A DNA stretch of 61,696 nucleotides, filler included, from Sluysia triapertura (Eukaryota): assembly GCA_046118255.1 (NCBI GenBank). It is 5 parts of 5 records of this genome, joined end to end, with 100 filler letters (N's around TTAATTAATTAA, not from the genome) between each part and the next. Parts side by side here need not be neighbours in the genome. Positions count along the whole stretch, not along the records: positions 50,199 to 61,696 come from JBJNIA010184045.1; 4 more parts are not named here. The stretch is one strand, 5' to 3'. Below are positions 51,510-61,696 of the stretch, one piece after another. Under the pieces are notes generated by a model, which was not told the DNA's origin, did not search any database, and saw only the letters and a list, made by a program, of their open reading frames with translations. Numbering within the stretch: the first letter of the stretch is position 1; each line of letters begins with the position of its first letter. The position numbers and the translations under genes were made by a program.

Positions 51510-54125
51510 ATGTCGAGATTTAATCAACCTATTATGTCTACTGTTACTCCGAATAGATATCAAAATATATCTAATGTTAATCCTATCAATAATCCGATCA
51601 ATAGTAATTTAAATAAATTTCCAGGAAATCAATTTAATGCAATGCCTATTCGGCAACCATTTAATCAACCTGTTAATCAAAGACCATTAGTTTATGATCG
51701 AGTTAACTTAATTAATGCTGTTATTTTTACATTTATGTATAATTAATTTTATAGAATATTAGACCTTTAATGCAAATACGAACAAACTCTCAAATGGTTT
51801 ATGGAGCTTCAAATAATAATGTTCCTCGTAAAAAGTATTTTTATTAATAAAATTGCATACGTCTTTTAAAGCTATTGTAGTATATGTAATCTGTGGATGT
51901 TTGAATCATATGAAGCTCATCAAAATTCAGAAAGTCATAAATCAAAGAAAAATTTAATTAAAATCAAACCAGAAACGCAGGAAGATAAAAAGAAAAGAGG
52001 AAAAAAACGTGTTAGTTTGTGAAATTTCTATTAGTGTTATATCTTTGAGTAATTGATTTTAAGGTATAACTTTGTTTCTATGCTAATTTCGTTTTCATCT
52101 CTGAATTTCATGTTTTATGTCTTTAAAACTTTTATTGAGTAATTTATTTGAGGGGTAGTAATAAAATTTTGGTGAATATGATTTTGAGATTTCTGGTTTG
52201 TAAGGATGTTGCTATTATTTTTATACAGATAATTTCTTATAATTCAAACTATAAATGGTAACTTGAGGTGATTCGATTCTAATTTTCATTACTTTTTAAA
52301 TGATAGCAATTTTTCTCTAATAACGTTTTTATTTATTAGTGATAATGAAGGTTAAATAGGTTTATTTGATAAGAAAGAGGTAAGCAATATCGTTTGTTAA
52401 TGTAGCTATATAATTTGTTTATTTTGAATATTTCTAGCTTTATTAATAAATATTTATGTTGCTGAGTTTGAAGTTGTCATTTCACCTGTCTATTGAATAT
52501 AAAGTTACTTGCAATTTCAACATTCATTAAGTAAAATTTTTTAGTTTGTCGCTTTTAATGCAGAGTGATATTAAACCTGAATGAGGTAATTCGTTATAAG
52601 TTTTAAATTACTGGTTTACATGCTTAATTTCAATATCACTTAAAGTTTGTCTAAGCATCTTTCAACGTGTGTTCAAGTTTTGAGCTTCAAAATGTATATA
52701 AGCTTTGTATGTTTTTTGACATTTCATTATTAAATGGTTATTTTAATGGCGTGACTTAAAATATTTTTTTAAAACTAGATTCGAATAATTGAAATATAAT
52801 TTATTAAATTAAAAAATGTTCTAATACAAATTAACTTTATAATGGATTCATTGAACATTTGATAGTCGTTTATTTCATATTTCTTAATTCAAATATTTAA
52901 ATACTTGTAAAACTCAAATTTATTTTCTAAATTCAAATTAGTCGAGTTTAAATAATTTTAAATAATAAATTTTATATAAAATTGAAATTTTATCTGTATA
53001 AAAATATAGTAATTGGAAATTTTTAGTGATGCTATCAGTTGTAATAGCTATTTTGTCTTGTTTATATGTAGCATAGATTCGATACATTTTTATTTGGTAA
53101 TTTAGGAGATTAAATCATATTCCTTAAAAGTAATCTTGAGAATTTAAAATATTTTATAAGAGCTAAAGTATGGTTTGAAGTAATTCATCTCGCTTGTAAA
53201 TTAAACAGAAATGAGTCAGTTTTTTTCCAAATATTAATCTATTTTTATCTGATTCTTTTTAGATAACTTACATTGTTTTCATTCAACACTTTTTAAACTT
53301 AGGTGAATCATATATCTCAATCTTGCTGTTTCACGCGAACCGTAATTTTAGATATTTTTGAACTGAAATTTATATTTCGCTATCAGTCTGCTTAAATTTT
53401 AAATAAAAATGATTTTCTTGATTACATTTCTGAAATTCTTAAACGATCTTTGTGAAAGCAACTGTACTGTGTTTCAATACTAAACTTTTTAAAATATCAA
53501 CTTGTTCCATAAGATTTCTATATTTTTGTTACGTACATAAAAATTAGATTTTATTATTTCACTATTTTAACAGAATATCCAGTCCCAAGCAAAACCAGTA
53601 AAATTTCAAGATTCTATTACATCAGTACAGGTTAATAATAATGAATCTAAGGACAAAAATATTAACAGTGGATTGGAGGTTCTTATAGATGTATCTGGAG
53701 TTTATTGTACCCTTTGTGAGGTGTTTTTTCCAAAAACTACTAAAGCTGAGGTGGATCACTGTAGTACGAGTGATCATCGTGAAGCTTATGAGGTAGTTTC
53801 TTCCTTTTTTAATATAAATGTTTACTAGAAATACCGCAATCGAATATTGAATGAAATGGATTCTCAAGAGGATTTAATTGATGAACCTATTGCAAATAAG
53901 AAAGCTAAAGATGAACAGTTGAATTCTAATGAAACAATACCTTTTCCTTCTTCTAACAATAGTCTTTCTCAGATTAAGAAAAATCTGAATTACAGCGACT
54001 TTAAAGACATTACTTCTTCTACTGAAAATATATCAGAAATTGAAGAACAAGTGTCTGCGGAGTTGCTATGCCCCGAAGTTTCTTTAGATTTTCCGGAAGA
54101 GGATTATGATGAATCGGATTTGTAA
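51510..54125 (+). CDS. matrin/U1-type zinc-finger protein (two zinc fingers; Matrin-3/CIZ1/ZNF638-like), ~308 aa
   Basis: Phase-compatible exons 51510-51701, 51755-51834, 51872-52010, 53574-53792 and 53829-54125. Fingers YCSICNLWMFESYEAHQNSESH and GVYCTLCEVFFPKTTKAEVDHCSTSDH, NLS-like KKKRGKKR, acidic tail. A possible in-frame upstream exon is at 51030-51042. Confidence 0.88.
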
Positions 54126-57100
54126 AAATTTAAATTTGTTGTAAAAAAGATATTTATTTGATTATTGTAAATATATTTAATCGTTTTATTATTAACAATT
54201 GAAATTGAGGTATTTGTAATGTATTAAAATTTTTAATATATTTGATACTAAATGTTTATATTGCTGATGATTGTTTTTTAATTTTGCGGAAGTTGTAGGT
54301 CTGTTTTCGTTTTTTATCTATCTTTGGTAGCACCAAAAGTTGCGTGCTAAGTTGTTTTTTAGTTCTCAATATTAATATTACTAACTAGTTTACATTTTGA
54401 TTTTTAGTTTTGGCGCGGTATTGAAGTCAATATTTTTTATAGTTCATCATTGAACTTACTTCACAATAATTTATTAGTTACGGCGCTATATAATTTGTAA
54501 ATTTTGAAATTCAATTTACAATAAAGTTGAGTATTTTTTGGAAATGTGATTAAATTTTTTGTTGCATTATCCAATTTGATCTCGACAAGTCTTGGATTAC
54601 ATGAAATTATAAATTTTAGCTTGTGGTGTCTGTTTCATTTTAATATGTTTAATATTTTTATAAACTGATTGATTTTATCTTAATTTTAAAAAATCAAAAA
54701 TTACTAGTGTAATCTGTATTTTAAAGTCATTGTAGAAATTAGTTATTTATATCTGAATGTTTTATTTACTAAACTTTTATAATATTAATTATTTGCACAT
54801 AATATAGTTAGTGGTTTGGAATTTTCAGTTAAATGCCACAGGATATTTATTTAAGTGTTGATTCATATTTGTTGCTTGTCAATATTATTTTTGATTTTTA
54901 AAAATAATTATACAAACAATTAGGGTTTGCTATATTATCTTGTTTGATTATATTAGATTTATATTCTTAATTTTAAGTACTTAATCTAATTAGAGTATTT
55001 TTGAAAAATTTCATTATGTAAGGGTTTCTTAAAACTTCAGTATTAGAATATAAGCTTTTAGCATATATTGTTTGATGTAGTTTTATAATTCATGTTTCAT
55101 ATTGTTTTCGTAAGATTAAAAACTTGAAATATGAAATTCATTACATTTATGTTACGTACCTCCATAAACTATTATTTCTCTATATTTGTATTAACATTTA
55201 AATAATTACAGTTATAAACCTAATGAATAATAGCTTAATTTATCATGGTAATGAATTTATCTAGTAATTTTATTTAATTTTTTTGTCAGTATAGCATTTT
55301 GATTTATTGTAAACTATTTTATTTTCATTCAAGTTATTAATATTTTTGGAATTTTTTTGATTATTTTATGCAATGTAAAATGTAATTCAATCATGATTTT
55401 TATAATTAAAAATTCATATTTTATTACTCTGAGTCAATAAAAGGAAATATTGTGTCGGGCAAATATTTGAAATTTATAATTTTACAAGTTATTTTTTAAT
55501 GATTAATTTGGATTAAAATCTTTATTGTGCATAGGTTTTAATAAACTTTTAACAAGATTTAATAAACTTTATCGAAGTGCTTTGTTTTTTTACATTTGTA
55601 GATATAAATATTGGTATGAATGTTTCTATTTTGCTTCCAATTTTAGGAAAAGATCTTTAATTAGAGTGATATGATTTCTTTATCAAGTGCATATACAGTG
55701 ATATAAAATTTCTGGTAATGATTCATATGGATGAAGACATTTTCTGAAAGTAATTTCAAAAAAATTTATTCTATTCATGCAAGATAATTACTTTACATAT
55801 ATTGGCGGTTTTATCAATTTAGCAAATCGTGTAATAATATGAAATATTTTAAATTAGTAATTTTGAGAATTGAAAATATTTTTATCTCTACCAACTTTAT
55901 TTCACAAAAGAATAAAGATTTTGTGAGAATTTATCTTATCAGTGTTGATGCTTGTGGATAATGCTTAACAATAAAGAATTTTATCTAAAATATTATTTTT
56001 AAACCCAGTGTAAAAATATGAATTGTGTTCCGCACAATTTTCAATCTCAAATTCTGCAAATCGTACTACCTGAAATCTATCTTAAATTGGGGTCAATTAT
56101 ATCAAATTCTGTTTTTATGTATGAAATTAAATCATTGGTTTTGTAGATATTGCTGCAATTTAAGCTTCATAAATTTTAAATTAGAATATGATCAGATGAT
56201 TGATTTTAAAAAAAATTAATTTTTTCCAAATATTTTATTTTTCATTATTCATATAGACTCATTACAGTGAAAGCCTGTATTAAATTTGATGTTTATTTCA
56301 GGAAAAAATTAGAATTTTAAATAAAGATTATTTTTAGCATACAAAATTAAAGTCTTAAATAAAATATTTGAAATTAAAATTTGTGTGTTATGAAAATATT
56401 ATTCTAATTTACAGTGCATTTGTTATTTCGAATCATTATCTATTTATATCGAAGATTCTCATACAACGAAGATATTGATTTTATTTAAGTTGTAAATGCT
56501 TCATTTCAAATCAATACTTTTTTCCTCAATGAATTTTAGTTATTTTCTAAAAAAAGGTATATTTTTCGTCGATAAAACTAGTGCTAATCTTTTAAATATT
56601 TTGTACTTAATACAAATTGGATAGTGCACTAAAGTGTTGTCACAATATCACTGGATTTAATATGACAAACGTTGAACTTTAAAAAATAATTCATAACGAT
56701 TGGATTCTTTTAAAGATGAATGTTTGCAAATCAATATTCTTTGTCTATCAACTTCGTTATTTATTTTTACCAATACTGAATATTTTGATGGACATCGATT
56801 TTGACGCCAAATATCAAATTTAATTGGAATTTGGATCTAACATTTAATGAAAGAAAATTATTTTTAATATTAAATTTAATGCTATTGTAACTCCAACATT
56901 TTAGTACATCATTCGATGTGTACTCTTTAAGCTTTTGCACGACTTTATGAAAAATAAATAAATTTTTGACTTGATTGGTTATGTAATGATTTAATGCATT
57001 AATCAATTCAGTTACAGCTCATATTATAAGATACTAAAAATTCTAATCAAATCAGTAGTCTATTTTTTAATCCTTTTAAAAATTACGATTCTGGACCTTA

Positions 57101-57490
57101 TTACCTCTTAAGAATTTCAATTTGTTCTTAAATATTTAGTTCATTTTCTTGTTCTTCAAGAAATACGAATCATTTTAGTGTCAAATTTCCAAGAAGGTTG
57201 ATTCATTTTAGTTTACTTTGGATCTGCCGATTTGTAGTTTTTCTTTAATTTTCTTTTTCGTGATTTTTACGTAGTTTAAATGCAGTTCGCAAGTGATAAA
57301 TTACAATGTAAATGATTTAAAGATAATAGATATCTTAAGATTAATTATTAATAGATTGCAACAAATTATGCATTTACAGGTAGTTTCTAGCATATTATTA
57401 GGATATGAGTTTTGCGTCAGAATTACTATTATAAACTTGATATAACTCCAGTTATTAATGTTCTTGTATAGATGAAACAAAAGGTAAATA

Positions 57491-58400
57491 CCGTATTTTC
57501 TTGTGTATAATCCGCACTTAATATATAGCCCGCATTATAAAAATCAACTTTTTTAATATAACACGTACATATTTATATGGTTTAAATCAATAACAAAGAA
57601 TTATATTAAAACTGATTTAGAAATATTTGATGAGCTAAAATATTTTTAATGTTTTAATAAGTCTGACTGCAAATGAAGCATAATTGGAAAGACAAATAGA
57701 TGCTTCAGTTATGATCACGTATACTTGCGCTGTTTTATTGCTAAACGAAATATCAATATACATAAGTAGTCTTAATTACTTAATGCTGAATCTAACTGGT
57801 GTCCAAATATCAAAATTCTTTATTATTAACTGAAAGTGAATCAATCAAAAAATTTTCAAATTTATTTGGTCAAAGTTATGACTGACGATATTGTTTGAAG
57901 ATCATTATTAATAAATCACTTGGTTGATATCGGTTTTTTGGAAACGAATAACTAATTTCATTACGTTAGTTTCGATATTCTCTTTAAGCAGTTAAACAGT
58001 TACTAAGATCGTATTAATAATAAGGTGAGAACCTAAGGTTGTGTTGCATAATCATTCATGATTGACTTGAACATCTGCGGCATTTTCATCATTGTATATA
58101 ATAACGTGCACTGAAATTATCAGTAAAGTTGTATTTGAGAAGTAATTTATAGCATAAATTATGATGTTATATATTGTCCTTGTTCCACGCATGAAATGCA
58201 TCAAAATTCATAATATAAATATGGTGATAGCACCAGTATTTTTATCGAATAGAAAATTTACACTTTGATAACCAAAAATCTATGACAGCAACAAAGAATA
58301 TATTTAATTGTACCTTCCTGGATTATGACTAGTTATTCAGTCACGAATTATTGGATATCTAGTTGCAGTCCTGGCTGTAATCAAAGTTACTTGAAATAAA
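57491..58400 (-). mobile_element. pogo/Tc2-type DNA transposon remnant
   Basis: TA followed by TIR-like CCGTATTTTCTTGTGTATAATCCGCAC. Minus-strand LVIIQEGTIKYI resembles pogo VIPGGxTKYIQP. Confidence 0.55.
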
Positions 58401-59099
58401 AAGAATGTTTGTCTCCCTTACAAATAAGTTTCGATTTTTATTTTGTCTTTACTATTTATTAGACATGATTTCTATCTTTCAATCTTGAGAATAAACTTCA
58501 TTATAAATACGATGAGTTGTTGGATACGTAGTTTTGTGACAAAATTCAGTACAATTGAAGAACTTAGATCAAATTGATTTCCTTTTACATCTTCATATTC
58601 CATTTTTTGCTTTTGTGAAAATCGGACTGTAAACAAAAGCTATCTTCGAAAATTTAACAGTATCGAGACAAACATTGAAATAGTTATTGTGTAATAAGAC
58701 AAACTTGACTATATGAACGATGATATGAAGGCGAAGTGTGAATTCGAAAATTAGATTACTTTTGTAAATATAAATCTATTTTAGGTTCACGCTTAATTAG
58801 GTCGTTTTTAATTTTATTTGGTTATGTCTATACATTTTATGAAATTATGGCCATTAATTTTAATTAAAATAAAATTAGATGCATAATTTTTTGTAATATA
58901 AAATCTACGTCTGATTATGCAGCAGTGTAATTTTACATATAACAATGTTAGGATTTCTTAATATGCTGAAACATTTTCTGAAATAAACGCATAATCGAAA
59001 ATCTTCGATTTGATTTTTAATTACTGAGCGTATCTTAGCATATTTACAAATAAACATAATTAACATGTACAAATTGTTTTTATGCTTTCAAGCCTGTAA

Positions 59100-59560
59100 T
59101 AGGGCACTGAATTGATTAGTGTCTTGTCAATATCTAAGTGCTTTTTCTATTTAAGGACTAATAATAACGAAGCAATCACCTTTTTTAATCAGATTTATGC
59201 GATCGTAAATTTATTCACTAAACTATTAAATCAATCACTTTAGAACGTTGGCTTGAATATTTGAGGGTGGTAAATTTTAATCATTGTTATAAAAAGGCGT
59301 GGCAGTCACATAAAATAGTGAAATAATGAGCATTCATGCGTGTTTCTTTCATCACTGAGTTTTTGAGTTGCCACATATTTAGCACTGAGAACCCGTCATC
59401 TTTAGAGTCCTTGTTTTTTAATATTATTTGCATTGATAGGTTGTAGAGTTATTTCTTTTACTGTAGTAAAAGCATCAAGGATATTTATTACTGTAAATTA
59501 TACAAGGAATTTTACAATCTCGAAAAGGTCACTTACAATTTACAAATATAAACTTATGTA
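59100..59560 (-). mobile_element. possible hAT (Tip100/ZMYM-like) transposase remnant
   Basis: DLFEIVKFL and NAHYFTILCDC resemble GNFLxIVxFL and AKYFSIILDC. Confidence 0.3.
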
Positions 59561-61696
59561 CATTAATAATCTTAAAATTAACCATAACCTAATGAAATTA
59601 TGTATTTCTTTGTAATTTTTGTTTATCCTTTTCGATCATAACAGCGTACAAAAATGACTTTAAAAATATTGTTTTAATACAAAAATCATCTCAACCAATC
59701 GCAATTTTAATAGTAATTTAACAAAGAAATACGAATTATATGATTTATATAAAAGCAATTCGAATTTGTGTAATTTTTAATCCGGTTTTTCTTTTACGTT
59801 TAATAAGAAACGAATTTAAAAACACTCTTATTGGCAAGAATATCCTTAATATGATTAAGAATTAATAAGAACTTCTTAAATTGTTTCATCCATTACAATT
59901 TAAAAAGATATTGTTTTTTATTCATTTAATAAAAAATTAATCAAAAAATGGTACGAATTCAAAGTTATTTTAATACTAAATAATAGTAATAATAATAACC
60001 AACAGAAACAGTTAGAGATTATGGAAGGAAATCAAAGTATTTACTTTTGAAGAATGTCAAGTGAGGAAATTCAATGAAATTAAAGACGCAGTAAGAAATT
60101 AAAAGAAAAAAACATTTTCATATTCAAGAACATGAAACGCTATCTGCCAAAATAGTTATCAATTCCTTGATGAATATAATTTAAATAATAGTTCAAAAAA
60201 TATTGGATGCGAATGATTTTAAAAGTTACAAACCACAAGTTGATCCTATTGAATTTCTTAAATCCAATGAATCAATTTAGTGGAGATTTTTCAAAAATCA
60301 TGTGATGGTGTAATATTTCGGCTTTCTCCACGTATTCAGTCCCTTAAAGGAGTGATTTCGTTACTTTAACATCCATAAATCAAATTTCATAAATCAAACA
60401 ATTTTAATAAATACTATAAATAGTGCAAGTTATCACAATGCCTTAAAAATTGTGTAATTCACAATATTTGAGGTAGAGGTTGCATTAGAAAAACTTATCT
60501 TGTTTATTTAGTATGAAAACTTTATGTAAATGTTGCAATTTGGAAATGTTAGTGAAGTTTAATATTCTCTAATTATTGAGTTAAAAAAGACAGAATATAC
60601 CTCATCAAGCATCTTGTTTTGATGACCTCGTAAGTTTTATCCTGGTGTTAAATATTAAGTTTTACAATAGTCAATATTGAAATTAAGAAAAAATAATCTG
60701 CACGTGATTTTAATTATTTTTTATCTTTATTAAGGATTATATTAAATTTAATTTCAACTATATAGTAGAATTTAATATCAATTTAGTTAATTAATATTTT
60801 CGAATCAAAATGGTTGTGTTTGAATGGTTATTAACCCACGTTTTCCCTTTGTGTTCATTTCGGTAATTGTTTATTCTACATTACAAAAAATTTTTTAAAT
60901 ATTTTATGGTGATTAATATTGGATTTTAATTAAACTTATTTCTACAAGGACATTTCTTTTAGATTTTGCTTATGGTTGTTGAGTGAAAATTTTTGCAAAA
61001 ACTATAACAATATATCACAATATAACACTATAACTATATCATCAATTCAAATAATTATTTCAGTATTCATTCAACAAATGTAAATAAATTAAACAATAAA
61101 TTTCTAGATGCCACAATGTTAATCATGTTTCAAAAGTGATTTTAAAAGGTTAAACAATGCATGTGCTTGCTGATGGTGGTTTTATGTAACATAAAATTAC
61201 GTCTGTAAGTATGCACTATTTTCGTGATCAATTGTAATAATTATAAAAATACAAGATAATGTGACTTGTAGACTTTAGTAAAATAAGTTATGCATTTCTT
61301 GTAATATTATTGCTTAATCCCAAATTATTTTCAAATATAAGTCAACATCGAATTTTCAATCACAATTCAGGAAATAAGATTATGATTATTGAATCTGAGT
61401 TATTTTGGTAATTAAATGTAATCAAAGTGAAATATCCGTAAAGTGATATGAAATATCAGGAAATCGTGTAATTGTTGGATCTTAAATAATTTAATTTCAT
61501 ATTCCTTTAAAGGAAGTATACGCAATTATGTCACGCTACCGTGGCAAGTAGGTAACCTTGTCCGAATATAAAATATTTGTCTAGTGATTTGCAATTTTTC
61601 ATCAGATTGCAGTAAATTGAAAATGATATTGTTTGGCTTCATAGTTGCATAAGTTTAAGCACATGTTTAATCTTACGTTTATAGAGAACTTGAGGG

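Noticed and set aside
1-61696. CRISPR arrays, operons or prokaryotic defence systems
   Set aside because: No regularly spaced repeat-spacer arrays, and the sequence is intron-containing eukaryotic DNA.

Overview
Very AT-rich invertebrate animal genomic DNA, not prokaryotic. It has spliceosomal GT-AG introns, some only 32-37 nt, which suggests a flatworm-like or similarly compact-intron lineage (inference only). Four identical 100-nt linkers (N44-TTAATTAATTAA-N44) split the window into about five probably unrelated contigs. Genes: one guanylate-kinase-domain exon of an MPP/PALS-type MAGUK (-); nine internal exons of LOXHD1 encoding three PLAT domains (+); two exons of a secreted rapunzel/cephalotoxin-like protein (-); an orphan single-pass membrane protein (+); and a complete small matrin-type zinc-finger gene (+). 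The rest is a SMARCAD1-like pseudogene, decayed transposons (Gypsy, BEL-like, mariner, Tc1, DD39D-type, pogo/Tc2, hAT, L2/CR1) and AAT microsatellites. The most unusual signal is a ~150-bp repeat family (6 copies) with TG..CA ends, a 4-bp target-site duplication and an internal tRNA-like Pol III cassette, which looks like a tRNA-bearing short LTR rather than a SINE. The second is an LTR-like segment holding six tandem mini-introns separated by 10-21 nt micro-exons.
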